DNA from: Alphaproteobacteria bacterium
Lineage (GTDB): Bacteria; Pseudomonadota; Alphaproteobacteria; Puniceispirillales; Puniceispirillaceae
Length of the DNA: 64,000 nt
NCBI GenBank assembly: GCA_038107835.1
Contig: JAYNHH010000009.1
Location: 9,190 to 73,189 of the forward strand
Direction: 5' to 3'
Under the pieces are notes generated by a model. It did no database searches, was not told the origin of the DNA, and worked only from the letters and a program-made list of their open reading frames with translations. The position numbers were made by a program, and so were the translations under genes. This document shows positions 40,798 to 50,668 of this stretch, one piece after another (the stretch's first letter is position 1; each line of letters begins with the position of its first letter).

Positions 40798-42675
40798 TCA
40801 CCTGCGGCCAAACAGATTTTCGATATCGGCAAGCGATAGCCTGACCCAGGTGGGACGGCCGTGGTTGCACTGGCCTGACCGGGGTGTGATTTCCATCTCG
40901 CGCAAAAGCGCATTCATCTCATCTGCATTCAGCACCCGTCCGGCGCGCACCGACCCATGACACGAAAGCGTAGCCAGCACGTGGTTCAACCGATCCTCAA
41001 GGCTGGTGCTGCCACCAAGCTCCACAAGCTCCTCAGCAATATCACCAACCAATTGTTTGGCATCGGGATTACCAAGCAGTGCCGGGATGGTTCGCACAAT
41101 AACCGCGCCCTCACCGAATCCCTCTATTTCCAGCCCAAGCCGGGAAAGCGTTTCACCCATCTCGAGCAAGGCTTGCCGTCGATCATCACCCAACTCGACA
41201 ATTTCCGGCAGCAGCAGGGCTTGCGCGCTGACACCTGCCTCGGCAAGGGCGGCTTTCATTCGTTCCATGACAAGCCGTTCATGGGCGGCATGTTGGTCAA
41301 TTATTGTCAGGCCGTCTTCGGTTTCTGCGACAATATAGGTTTTATGAAGCTGCGCCTTGGCCGCACCCAGAAGCGTCTCACGGACTGCCGCCATCGCGCT
41401 CGCATCGGTGGCGGTTTGATCCGGTCCTGCGGGACGGGCGGCGGGTGGAGCATCACCCATGAGATGAGGATCCTGCGGCACCGGAGACTGCCAGACTTCA
41501 CCGATTTGGCGTTGCGATGCCGACGGCAAAAATTCATAAGGCGGGCGTGACGGTGGCGCTGAAAAATGGGCTGGACCAGAGCGGGATGCGCCACCTGAAA
41601 AACGGGCCAGCGCAGCTGTTCCCCCCTCCGATGTCGCTCTGACACCATCGGCGGCCAATTGCGCACCAATGGCGCCAACAAGAAGCGAGCGCACGCCAGC
41701 GGCATCACGGAACCGAACCTCAGCCTTTGCCGGATGAACGTTCACGTCAAGATCAGCCGCCGGCACCGTCAGGAAGAGTGCCGCCATCGGATGACGGCCA
41801 CGCGGCAGCGTGTCACCATAGCCAGCGCGAATGGCACCCAGAAGCGAGCGATCATGGATGGGTCTGCCATTGACGAACAGATAAATCTGCACCGGTGTCG
41901 GCCGATTCATCGTCGGCAGACCAATCATCCCCTCCAGCCTGATCTGGTGACGTTTCGCGTTGATGATGGCTGCCTCGTCAGTAAAGGCACGACCAATTAT
42001 TGCCGAGAGACGGTGCTGGCGAGCCGTGTTTTCAGAAGATTGATTACCCACGTCAATCAATGGTGTGCTGGCGTTCACATCGAGAAGGGTGCGGCCATCA
42101 TTGACCAGTTGGAAAGCAACAGCAGGCCAGGCCATGGCAAGCCGCCTCACAACGTCGAGGCATTGTCCCTGCTCGGTGCGGTCAGTCTTCAGAAATTTAA
42201 GCCGCGCAGGCACCGATTTGAACAATTGTGTTACCGAAATCAGACTGCCCGTCTGCAATGCAGCGGGTTCAGGGCCATTGATCCTGCCGACATTGACCTC
42301 CAGACGCCAGGCGTGCGGCATGCCAGCCATTACCGAAGTCAATTTCAGATGTGACACTGCCCCGATTGATGGCAGGGCTTCTCCGCGAAAACCAAGTGAT
42401 CCAATGTGGTTCAGATTGTCATTGGGGAGTTTTGAGGTGGCATGGCGCTGGATCGCAAGCAGCATATCATCGGGTGTCATCCCATGACCATCATCAGCGA
42501 CCGTCAATTCATCAATGCCGCCACGGCGCAGGGTGATGCTGATCTTGCCAGCACCAGCATCAAGCGCGTTTTCAACAAGTTCACGCAGGGCGCTTGCCGG
42601 CCGCTCAATCACCTCACCAGCGGCGATCTGGTTAACAAGCCCGTCCGGGAGTTGCCGGATCACGGCCATGATCAC
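40798..42675 (-). CDS. mutL: DNA mismatch repair protein MutL
   Basis: GHKL ATPase N-terminus IRQLPDGLVNQIAAGEVIERPASALRELVENALDAG and C-terminal dimerisation domain ...CNHGRPT. Confidence 0.95.
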   Translation of the reverse strand: MIMAVIRQLPDGLVNQIAAGEVIERPASALRELVENALDAGAGKISITLRRGGIDELTVADDGHGMTPDDMLLAIQRHATSKLPNDNLNHIGSLGFRGEALPSIGAVSHLKLTSVMAGMPHAWRLEVNVGRINGPEPAALQTGSLISVTQLFKSVPARLKFLKTDRTEQGQCLDVVRRLAMAWPAVAFQLVNDGRTLLDVNASTPLIDVGNQSSENTARQHRLSAIIGRAFTDEAAIINAKRHQIRLEGMIGLPTMNRPTPVQIYLFVNGRPIHDRSLLGAIRAGYGDTLPRGRHPMAALFLTVPAADLDVNVHPAKAEVRFRDAAGVRSLLVGAIGAQLAADGVRATSEGGTAALARFSGGASRSGPAHFSAPPSRPPYEFLPSASQRQIGEVWQSPVPQDPHLMGDAPPAARPAGPDQTATDASAMAAVRETLLGAAKAQLHKTYIVAETEDGLTIIDQHAAHERLVMERMKAALAEAGVSAQALLLPEIVELGDDRRQALLEMGETLSRLGLEIEGFGEGAVIVRTIPALLGNPDAKQLVGDIAEELVELGGSTSLEDRLNHVLATLSCHGSVRAGRVLNADEMNALLREMEITPRSGQCNHGRPTWVRLSLADIENLFGRR

Positions 42676-42679
42676 CTCG

Positions 42680-43225
42680 TCATTTAATGATTAAGGTCTC
42701 GCCGCTAGCCTCATCCGTGGCGAGAATATCACCATCGGTTGGAAGCAATCCCTCACGCAAATTTTTGCGAATGCGCTGGTCTTCTGCAACCTTGTCCAAT
42801 ATCGGGCCGATATCCGGCAGTCCACCAAAGACAATTTGGGCTGGCACCCGACGCTCGAGCTGAATGCCGTAGGTTTCCTCGTCCACCCGTTCGCGGATAT
42901 TGTCAGGAACCGATGCAAAGTCAAAGAGCGCGTCATACCCCGTTGCATCAGCATTTCCCGACCCAAGTGACTTGCCGGCAAGGGTCAGAGAATCCTGTGC
43001 GGCGGTCTCCTCTTCCTCGCGGATATCATCGGGTGTGTTGGCAAAGCCCGGTGGCAGCGAGAGCGGCGGGCGAACAACAACCTCAAATTCGTCAGGCGAA
43101 GATTTCTTGGAACCGATTGCCCGCTGAAAATCGGAACAAGCCGCGATGCCGGATGCGATAACAGCCAACATGGTGAACTGCAGCACTCGCCGTATCGGCT
43201 TCTGGTTGGTTTCGCTAGACTTCAT
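42680..43225 (-). CDS. DUF3035-type lipoprotein (possibly BamF-like; family name from memory)
   Basis: Lipobox IASGIAA-C followed by SPDEFEVVVRPPLSLPPGF. Start overlaps the lspA stop. Confidence 0.6.
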   Translation of the reverse strand: MKSSETNQKPIRRVLQFTMLAVIASGIAACSDFQRAIGSKKSSPDEFEVVVRPPLSLPPGFANTPDDIREEEETAAQDSLTLAGKSLGSGNADATGYDALFDFASVPDNIRERVDEETYGIQLERRVPAQIVFGGLPDIGPILDKVAEDQRIRKNLREGLLPTDGDILATDEASGETLIIK

Positions 43226-43749
43226 TCCTGACCGGTCTCCTGCCCAAAGAAAATCGAGTATGCCCACAAGGCTGCGCCCACCGTTATTGCCGCATCGGCG
43301 ACATTAAAGGCAGGCCAATGCCATGTTTGAACGTAGACATCTATAAAATCAACAACTTTACCAAAACGCAACCTATCTATCGCATTTCCGATCGCCCCAC
43401 CCGAAATCAAGCCGGCAGCGATCTGCTGCACATGATCAAGGCGGCTGGCCTGCCAGAAAAACCACCCGACCACGGCAAAGGCAAGTAATGTCAGCCCCGC
43501 GCGAACAACTTGTCCTCCATCAGCGAGCATGCCAAAGCTGATACCCGGGTTCCATACGGGAACAAAATTGAGAAAAGGCATAACCGGATGGATCCGCGGG
43601 GCGGCAAAAATCCAGTTGAGCATGAATTGTTTTGAAGCCTGGTCAAGTACCAGGACAAAGACCAGCAAAATCGCCACGAGCCGCGCAGCAGGACCCGTCA
43701 GATGGGCGCCAAGGCCGGAATGGTCGGTGTGCTGGCCCTCAGTTTTCAT
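43222..43749 (-). CDS. lspA: Lipoprotein signal peptidase (signal peptidase II)
   Basis: DQASKQ, N.G.SFG-type (WNPGISFGML) and GAIGNAIDR.RFG.VVDF motifs. ATG 43749 overlaps the ileS stop (ATGA). Confidence 0.88.
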   Translation of the reverse strand: MKTEGQHTDHSGLGAHLTGPAARLVAILLVFVLVLDQASKQFMLNWIFAAPRIHPVMPFLNFVPVWNPGISFGMLADGGQVVRAGLTLLAFAVVGWFFWQASRLDHVQQIAAGLISGGAIGNAIDRLRFGKVVDFIDVYVQTWHWPAFNVADAAITVGAALWAYSIFFGQETGQE

Positions 43750-46541
43750 CGCACCGCCGCAACAACGCTCTCGCACCGCTTGCAGATGTCACCTTCAGCC
43801 GCAACCTCTGGCGTGATCCGCCAGCAACGGGCGCATTTCTCGCCGTCCGCCATGGCAAAGGCAATGGCAATATCGGTGATGCCATCAAGCCTGAACGCAT
43901 CCTCAGGCGCGGGGTCATTGGTGATCACTGCGGCTGAAGTGATAAACAGGGAAGCGGCGTCAAGACCGTCAAAAAGCGCCTTGATATCGGCGCTGACATG
44001 AACAATCGGCGCCGCCTGAAGCGATGCACCAATTTTTCCGTCATTTCGGGCGTTCTCAAGGGCGCTCATCACCACCTGACGGACCCGCCGGATACCGTCC
44101 CAGCGCGCGGCGATGCTGCGGTTTGCCCAATTTGACGGGATCGGATCGTAGCTACGCAAATGTACGGAATTTTCAGAGTCACCGACCCAGTTCTGCCATG
44201 CCTCCTCTGCGGTGAAGCACAGGATTGGCGCGAGCCACGCAGTCAGCCGGTCGAAGAGCTGTTTCATCACTGTACGACAGGCGCGACGTTCAACCGAGTC
44301 GAGCGCATCACAATAGAGCCTGTCCTTGCGGATTTCGAAGTAAAAGGCCGACAGATCGCTGTTACAAAGAGTATGAAGCTCGGTGAAGATACCGTGAAAA
44401 TCGTATTCGTCCGTCATCGCGCGGATTTTCACATCGAGTTCGGCAAGCCGGTTCAGAATCCATTTTTCCAACTCGGGCATGGCGTCATAATCTACGGCTT
44501 CCCCATCCGAATACCCGTCAAGTGCACCCAGCAGATAGCGAAGCGTGTTGCGGAAACGCCGGTAGTTATCGGTCATTCGCTTGATGATTTCAGGCCCGAT
44601 CCGCAGATCGCTGTAATAATCGGAACTGACGACCCACAGGCGCAGAATATCGGCGCCATTCTGGTCCATGATTGCCTGTGGCGTCACAACATTTCCAAGC
44701 GATTTCGACATTTTCCGGCCCTGCTCATCGAGCACAAAACCGTGTGTCAACACACCTTTATAAGGCGCCCGTCCCCGGGTCGCACAGGACTGCAGAAGCG
44801 AGGAATGAAACCAGCCACGATGCTGGTCAGAGCCTTCAAGGTAAAGGTCGGCCGGGCTGGACAGATCATCCCGGTCCTCAAGGACAAAGGCATGCGTTGA
44901 ACCTGAATCGAACCACACGTCAAGAATGTCAGTGACCTTTTCATAGTCATCAGCATGATAGTCCGGACCAAGGAAGCGACTTGCATCGGACGCGAACCAA
45001 CAATCGGCACCCTCTTCACGCATCGCGGCAACAACCCGGTCAATCACCGCCTGATCACGAAGCGGCTCGCCCGTTTCCTTGTTCACAAAAACGGTAATCG
45101 GCACGCCCCACGCCCGCTGACGTGAGAGGCACCAATCCGGACGCTGGGCAATCATCGAGGTAAGCCGGTTCTGACCAGCTGGTGGATAAAACGCTGTCTT
45201 TCCCAACTCAGACACAGCCGTGTCACGCAAGCCGTGCGACTCCATCGACACAAACCATTGCGATGTGTTTCGGTAAACCAGCGGCGCTTTTGAACGCCAG
45301 GAATGCGGATAGGAGTGGACCAGCTTTCCAATGCCGATCACGCCGCCCCGCTCAGCCATCATTTCGGCAATCTTCAGATTGTCGCGCAGAACATGCATGC
45401 CGGCAAAGAGCGGCAGATGTTCCATGATCCTGCCATCTTCGGCCACCGTATCAGGCACCGGTACACCATGTGTGAGATGCGCAAGCTCATAATCCTCAAC
45501 ACCATGACCCGGCGCAATATGGACAAAGCCTGTTCCCTGTTCCGTGGTGACATAGTCAGCATGAAACAGCGGAACATCATGTTCATAGCCGTGATCGGCC
45601 AGCGGATGCGCGGCGATTGTGCCAACGCAGTCAGCGCCAGTCAGCTGATGACACGTGGTATGGCTGGCAATACCAATCGCGGCGCAGACATCCTCCAGCA
45701 ACGCCTCCGCCAGAACAATCATATCGCCAACACTGGCATGGGATCCTTCGTCGATTTCATCAATGCGGATAACCGCGTAATCAATGTCATTGCCACAGGC
45801 GAGCGCTCGATTGCCAGGCATGGTCCAGGGCGTCGTTGTCCAGATAACGATACTGGCATCAGCAAGCGCTGGATGGCTTGGCTGGCGAACAGGAAACCGC
45901 GCGTAGATCGTTGTCGAGGTGTGGTCCTCATATTCGATTTCGGCCTCGGCTAGAGCTGTCTTTTCAACGGGCGACCACATCACCGGCTTGGCACCACGAT
46001 AGAGGCTGCCATCCATCAGGATTTTGCCAAGCTCAGCAGCGATTGTCGCCTCGGCGTCATAGGCCATGGTGGTGTAAGGATTGTGCCAGTCGCCAAGAAC
46101 ACCAAGCCGCTGGAATTCCTCAGATTGGACATCCAGCCAATGCGCCGCGAAGTCACGACATTCCTGCCGAAACTCGGTAACCGGAACCTGATCCTTGTCC
46201 TTGCCCTTTTTGCGGTATTGTTCCTCGATCTTCCATTCGATTGGCAGACCATGACAGTCCCACCCCGGCACATAATTGGCATTTTTACCAAGCATGGACT
46301 GTGACCGATTGATGACATCCTTTAAAATTTTGTTCAGCGCATGGCCTATATGAAGCTGCCCATTGGCATAGGGCGGTCCGTCATGCAGAATAAATGGTTC
46401 AGCATCCTGACGTGCCACGCGGAGACGGGCATAAATGTCGATATCTTTCCATTTCTGCAAAATTTCCGGTTCGCGCTTTGGCAGGCCTGCCCGCATTGGG
46501 AACTCGGTTCGTGGCAGAAAAACGGTATCTTTATAATTCAT
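43746..46541 (-). CDS. ileS: Isoleucine--tRNA ligase
   Basis: 931 aa with HIGH motif (PYANGQLHIGHALNK), KMSKS (GRKMSKSLGN) and a C-terminal Zn-finger CARCW...CKRC. Confidence 0.97.
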   Translation of the reverse strand: MNYKDTVFLPRTEFPMRAGLPKREPEILQKWKDIDIYARLRVARQDAEPFILHDGPPYANGQLHIGHALNKILKDVINRSQSMLGKNANYVPGWDCHGLPIEWKIEEQYRKKGKDKDQVPVTEFRQECRDFAAHWLDVQSEEFQRLGVLGDWHNPYTTMAYDAEATIAAELGKILMDGSLYRGAKPVMWSPVEKTALAEAEIEYEDHTSTTIYARFPVRQPSHPALADASIVIWTTTPWTMPGNRALACGNDIDYAVIRIDEIDEGSHASVGDMIVLAEALLEDVCAAIGIASHTTCHQLTGADCVGTIAAHPLADHGYEHDVPLFHADYVTTEQGTGFVHIAPGHGVEDYELAHLTHGVPVPDTVAEDGRIMEHLPLFAGMHVLRDNLKIAEMMAERGGVIGIGKLVHSYPHSWRSKAPLVYRNTSQWFVSMESHGLRDTAVSELGKTAFYPPAGQNRLTSMIAQRPDWCLSRQRAWGVPITVFVNKETGEPLRDQAVIDRVVAAMREEGADCWFASDASRFLGPDYHADDYEKVTDILDVWFDSGSTHAFVLEDRDDLSSPADLYLEGSDQHRGWFHSSLLQSCATRGRAPYKGVLTHGFVLDEQGRKMSKSLGNVVTPQAIMDQNGADILRLWVVSSDYYSDLRIGPEIIKRMTDNYRRFRNTLRYLLGALDGYSDGEAVDYDAMPELEKWILNRLAELDVKIRAMTDEYDFHGIFTELHTLCNSDLSAFYFEIRKDRLYCDALDSVERRACRTVMKQLFDRLTAWLAPILCFTAEEAWQNWVGDSENSVHLRSYDPIPSNWANRSIAARWDGIRRVRQVVMSALENARNDGKIGASLQAAPIVHVSADIKALFDGLDAASLFITSAAVITNDPAPEDAFRLDGITDIAIAFAMADGEKCARCWRITPEVAAEGDICKRCESVVAAVR

Positions 46542-46614
46542 TGCAAGAGGTCTTTCAGCTATTCAACGCACCTGACGGTGGGTTCGGTTTTTCACCTTTG
46601 GGGTTCAATCTTGT

Positions 46615-47595
46615 TCAGGCTGTCTTTTGTATGGGGGGCAGGATGGCACGCGCGGCCTGCGCATCCTGCGCAATCTGTGTGGTCAATTCATCAATGCCGC
46701 CAAACTTCCTCTCGGCACGGAGAAATGATTTCAGCCGCACCAGAAGCCGTCGGCCATAAAGGTCAATATCCTGGTCAAAAAGATGGGCTTCGCAAAGAAC
46801 CCCACGATTCTCGACAGTTGGCCGAATGCCGATATTCGCAACGCCGTTGCCCAGCAGGGCGGGACCGGTGTCGTCATGCGTGAATATCTGGATCGCATAG
46901 ACACCAAATGCCGGATTGAGCAGATTGCCAAGTGGAATATTTGCTGTCGGAAAGCCAATGGTGCGGCCGCGCTGATCACCCCTCACAACTTCGCCGGTGA
47001 TCGCCCAGTCATGCCCGAGCATCTCAGCTGCCTGCGCCGGCTCACCTGCCTGCAGGGCGGCCCGTACACGGCTTGACGAGATCACCACACTGTTCGCATC
47101 CACCAGCAATGGCACGGCATGGGCTGTGATGCCAACCACCGCACCAAATTCATTGATGCTGTCAATATCGCCACCGCGTCCCTTGCCGAAGGCAAAATCT
47201 GTCCCGGCATAAAGTTCCTGAACACCGAGATTAGGTAGGACAGTGCGGACAAACCCCTCAGCATCCGTACAGCGCAGATTGTCATCAAAGGTGACATGGA
47301 TGATACTGTCCACACCCAGCCCACGCAGCAACCAGTCTTTTTCCACCCTGTCGACCAGATGAAAAGGCGCATCATCCTGGCGGAAAAATTCCCTCGGATG
47401 GGGGTCGAAAGTGATTACGGCAGATGCCAGCCCCAGCGTCTTTGCAGCCTCGACTGCCGTGCCGACCACCTGCTGGTGCCCCTTATGAACACCATCAAAA
47501 TTGCCAATTGCGGCACAAATCGGGCCATGGCCCAGCGGCGCATCGCCAACTGACCAGTCAATGATTCTTGCGGGGGTGTCTGTCTGTGTAGTCAT
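46615..47595 (-). CDS. ribF: Bifunctional riboflavin kinase / FMN adenylyltransferase
   Basis: AIGNFDGVHKGHQ, and the kinase part GRTIGFPTANI...GV.N.G.RPT. Classic ribF-ileS-lspA order. Confidence 0.93.
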   Translation of the reverse strand: MTTQTDTPARIIDWSVGDAPLGHGPICAAIGNFDGVHKGHQQVVGTAVEAAKTLGLASAVITFDPHPREFFRQDDAPFHLVDRVEKDWLLRGLGVDSIIHVTFDDNLRCTDAEGFVRTVLPNLGVQELYAGTDFAFGKGRGGDIDSINEFGAVVGITAHAVPLLVDANSVVISSSRVRAALQAGEPAQAAEMLGHDWAITGEVVRGDQRGRTIGFPTANIPLGNLLNPAFGVYAIQIFTHDDTGPALLGNGVANIGIRPTVENRGVLCEAHLFDQDIDLYGRRLLVRLKSFLRAERKFGGIDELTTQIAQDAQAARAILPPIQKTA

Positions 47596-47819
47596 GGGAC
47601 GGGACTATATCGCCGAAAGGACATCAATATCAACGCCTGACACCAGTTTTATTTCATCCGACAAACAGGTGCGCGCAGATCGCGACACGCCCTTTTCCTG
47701 TGGCATCAAGGTCGCTTTAATGGCACTGTAATGCCTGATTTCCACTGACTGATTTCTGGAGTTCTTGTCATGCTGTTCAGGTCCCGGGCCGCACCGGCCA
47801 CGCGATGAGGAGCCGATAG

Positions 47820-48686
47820 ATGAATGAATTATCAATCGCCGAAATCGGCGACAAGTTGGGCATTAGTGGGCTACTGACCCAACAATCAATCAATTTGATC
47901 GTCGATTACGGGTTCAATCTGATTGCCGGCATTGTGACCCTGACGGTCGGGATCTGGCTGTCCCGAAAAGCTGGATCAGCGACACGCAGCTGGCTGACCA
48001 GGATTGACCGGCTGGACCCGACTTTGGTGCCAATGCTGGGTGCGCTGGTGCGCTATGCGGGCCTGACCCTGACGATTGTCATCTCACTCAGCACCTTTGG
48101 CGTCGAGACGACATCGGTCATTGCCGTGCTGGGTGCTGCTGGCATCGCCATTGGCCTTGCCCTGCAAGGCACCCTGTCCAATGTTGCCGCCGGTTTGATG
48201 CTCCTGCTCCTGCGGCCCTTCAAAATCGGCGACTGGGTCGAGGCGGCTGATGTTTCAGGAACGGTGCGCGAAATCGGTCTTTTCACAACGGTTATCGACA
48301 CATTCGACAATGTCTATATCAGCATCCCCAACTCCTCAATCTGGACGTCGAAGATCACCAACCATGCCCGCTACGGCACGCGGCGTCTCGATCTGGATAT
48401 CGGCATCGGCTATGAGTCCTCACTTGATGCGGCAGAGAAGGCATTGTTGTCGCTGGCTGATGATGATCGTGTCCTGGCTGAGCCGGCACCACAATTCCTT
48501 GTTGTCGGCTATGGCGACAGCGCGATCAATGTGCGGCTTCGCGCCTTTGCCAGATATGATGATTTCTTCGGCCTGTATTGGGATCTGAACCGAAAGCTCA
48601 AGGGCGTGCTCGATTCGCACAATATAGAGATTCCGTTCCCCCAACGTGTTATTCATCACAGCTCCAGCCCACCGGATAGCGAGTAA
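47820..48686 (+). CDS. Small-conductance mechanosensitive channel (MscS family)
   Basis: 288 aa with three TM helices followed by LSNVAAGLMLLLLRPFKIGDWVE...GTV.EIGLFTT. Confidence 0.85.
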   Translation: MNELSIAEIGDKLGISGLLTQQSINLIVDYGFNLIAGIVTLTVGIWLSRKAGSATRSWLTRIDRLDPTLVPMLGALVRYAGLTLTIVISLSTFGVETTSVIAVLGAAGIAIGLALQGTLSNVAAGLMLLLLRPFKIGDWVEAADVSGTVREIGLFTTVIDTFDNVYISIPNSSIWTSKITNHARYGTRRLDLDIGIGYESSLDAAEKALLSLADDDRVLAEPAPQFLVVGYGDSAINVRLRAFARYDDFFGLYWDLNRKLKGVLDSHNIEIPFPQRVIHHSSSPPDSE

Positions 48687-48731
48687 CCATTCTGTTTCAT
48701 ACCGTTAACTGTTGGCGAGCCCTGTCCTGTT

Positions 48732-49412
48732 ATGAGCACTGATCCCATTCTGAAGATCACCCGCGAAAGTCTGAGCAGTGGTGTCGTCGCAAAAATGGTT
48801 GCCCAAAGGGATGACGAGACGAAAGTCGCCTCAGATGACGAACTGTTGGCGTCACGGCGCGGGGTTGTTCCTGATGATTTCGACTGCTCGAATGTCTGGG
48901 TGTTCGGTTATGGCAGCCTGATCTTCAATCCAGTAATCGAACATACGGAGCGGGTGAACGCAAAAATCTACGGCAATCATCGCCGGTTCTGCCTTCGCAC
49001 GCGCATCGGACGTGGATCACCGGATTGCCCGGGGCTTGTTCTGGCGCTGGACCGGGGGGGATCATGTGCCGGAGTGGCCTTCAAATTGAACCCAGAGACG
49101 GCAATCACTGAGCTTGATCTCTTGTGGCGACGCGAAATGATTACACTGGCCTATGATGCGCGCTGGGTGAAATTGCATACTGATGAGGGCGTGAAATCTG
49201 GGATCGCTTTTGTCTCGATCCCGGCCCACCAGAGTTATGCCCCACCCATGTCACTGGATAGCGAGGCGGAGATCATTGCTGCTGCCAGCGGCTTTATCGG
49301 ACCTTGCCGCGATTATCTGTTTGATACGGTTGCCGGCCTGCATGACCATGGCATTCGTGACAGGCATCTGGAAAATCTGGTTACGGCTGTCAAGGCGAGA
49401 CTTGCTCTTTAG
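48732..49412 (+). CDS. chaC: ChaC-family gamma-glutamylcyclotransferase
   Basis: VWVFGYGSLIFNP N-terminal motif, ...GLVLALDRGGSC.GVAF and a conserved Glu region (LWRREM). Confidence 0.8.
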   Translation: MSTDPILKITRESLSSGVVAKMVAQRDDETKVASDDELLASRRGVVPDDFDCSNVWVFGYGSLIFNPVIEHTERVNAKIYGNHRRFCLRTRIGRGSPDCPGLVLALDRGGSCAGVAFKLNPETAITELDLLWRREMITLAYDARWVKLHTDEGVKSGIAFVSIPAHQSYAPPMSLDSEAEIIAAASGFIGPCRDYLFDTVAGLHDHGIRDRHLENLVTAVKARLAL

Positions 49413-49447
49413 GCGGCAGTTCGGTATCAACGTGGCTATCGGGTAAC

Positions 49448-49533
49448 GCGGCTGTGGCGGAATGGTAGACGCGACGGATTCAAAATCCGTTTCTGGTGAC
49501 AGAGTGGGGGTTCAAGTCCCTTCAGCCGTACCA
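49448..49533 (+). tRNA. tRNA-Leu (anticodon CAA), class II with long variable arm, CCA encoded
   Basis: Folded by hand. Acceptor GCGGCUG/CAGCCGU (G1-U72 wobble), 3-bp D stem GCG/CGC, anticodon stem ACGGA/UCCGU with loop UUCAAAA. Variable arm UCUG-GUGA-CAGA, T arm GGGGG-UUCAAGU-CCCUU, then A-CCA. Confidence 0.88.
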
Positions 49534-49560
49534 CCCAAATTTCAAGAAATTCTGATTGTA

Positions 49561-50142
49561 ATGACAGCTCTCTGGCGGTTTAGCAAAACTCAATATAACC
49601 GCGTATTGCGCGCCGCCGGCACGGCTCTGGCGGTGCGTTTGATGCTGCTTTTCGCCGTTCTTGAATCGATCATCATCCCCATTCCCGTTGATCCGTTGCT
49701 GATCGCCACCGTTCTGGCCCGGCCAAAAAACTGGATCAAGCTGGTGGCTGCCTGCACGAGTGCATCGGTCATTGGCGGCGGCCTTGGATGGGCAATCGGT
49801 GTCTGGCTTGGCGTGGGCGTCGAACAGTTGCTTGTCTATCTGCCGCATGCAGTGGCAGCCCCTGAAAAATTCACCGCCGTACAGGACGGGTTTCTGGAAT
49901 GGGGCATCTTGCTTGTTTTCATCGGCGCCTTTTCCCCTCTGCCCTACAAGGTCATTGCCGTAAGCGCTGGCGTTGCCGGTTTTGGCCTCGCACCCTTTCT
50001 TATCACCTCGCTGATCGGACGCGGACTCCGGTTTGCCATTGTTGCCGGCATCACCCGTCACCATGGAGAGCCCCGCATTGTCATCATTCTCATTTCGGCT
50101 TTGGTTACCCTGATCGGAGGCGCATTATGGCTGGTTCAATGA
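49561..50142 (+). CDS. YqaA/DedA-related membrane protein
   Basis: FAVLESIIIPIPVDPLLIA... and multi-TM pattern typical of COG1238 YqaA. The ORF-track start 49462 lies inside the tRNA, so ATG 49561 is used. Confidence 0.7.
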   Translation: MTALWRFSKTQYNRVLRAAGTALAVRLMLLFAVLESIIIPIPVDPLLIATVLARPKNWIKLVAACTSASVIGGGLGWAIGVWLGVGVEQLLVYLPHAVAAPEKFTAVQDGFLEWGILLVFIGAFSPLPYKVIAVSAGVAGFGLAPFLITSLIGRGLRFAIVAGITRHHGEPRIVIILISALVTLIGGALWLVQ

Positions 50143-50645
50143 TGCAGGAAATACGGTATCTCCTGCCCGTCAACCGCGCCCTTCTGATTTGTGCTGCAAT
50201 GTCGTCCTGTCTGCTGTTGGGGGCCTTTCTGTTTGAGTATGTCGGCGGGTTGGTGCCCTGCAAAATGTGTATCTGGCAACGCTGGGCGCATGGCGCAGTC
50301 ATCCTGATTGCCCTGTCTGGCCTGTTGATCCCCGCAGATATTAGGAAAAAAGCAGCCCTTTTGCTTGTTTTTCTAGCCGCCATGACCAGCGCGGCAATTG
50401 CCGGGTTTCACGCCGGAGTGGAATGGAAGCTGTGGGACGGCCCATCCGGATGCTCAGCCTCACTCGGCAATAGCGGTGACATGGCTCTTCTGGTCGATCA
50501 ACTGCTGGCGACACCGGTTGTTCGCTGCGACGAGGTGCCATGGTCACTATTCGGTATTTCGATGGCAGGCTGGAACACCATTCTCAGCCTTGATATTGCA
50601 GGTTTTGCCCTTATGTCTTGGCTAGCAAACAGACAAACGGGATAA
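50127..50645 (+). CDS. Disulfide bond formation protein B family
   Basis: Four TM helices, first periplasmic loop CKMC (LVPCKMCIWQRW), second Cys pair in GCSAS...VRCDEV. The ORF-track start 49899 is an out-of-frame overlap with yqaA. ATG 50127, 50139 or 50142 is possible. Confidence 0.7.
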   Translation: MAGSMMQEIRYLLPVNRALLICAAMSSCLLLGAFLFEYVGGLVPCKMCIWQRWAHGAVILIALSGLLIPADIRKKAALLLVFLAAMTSAAIAGFHAGVEWKLWDGPSGCSASLGNSGDMALLVDQLLATPVVRCDEVPWSLFGISMAGWNTILSLDIAGFALMSWLANRQTG

Positions 50646-50668
50646 ACCCGGAAGCCGGAGCATAGCCA

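Noticed and set aside
49413-49560. tRNA-Leu as an integration hotspot or island boundary.
   Set aside because: No integrase, no duplicated tRNA 3' segment and no compositional break are visible. The flanking genes (chaC, yqaA, dsbB-like, coq7) look like ordinary core genes.
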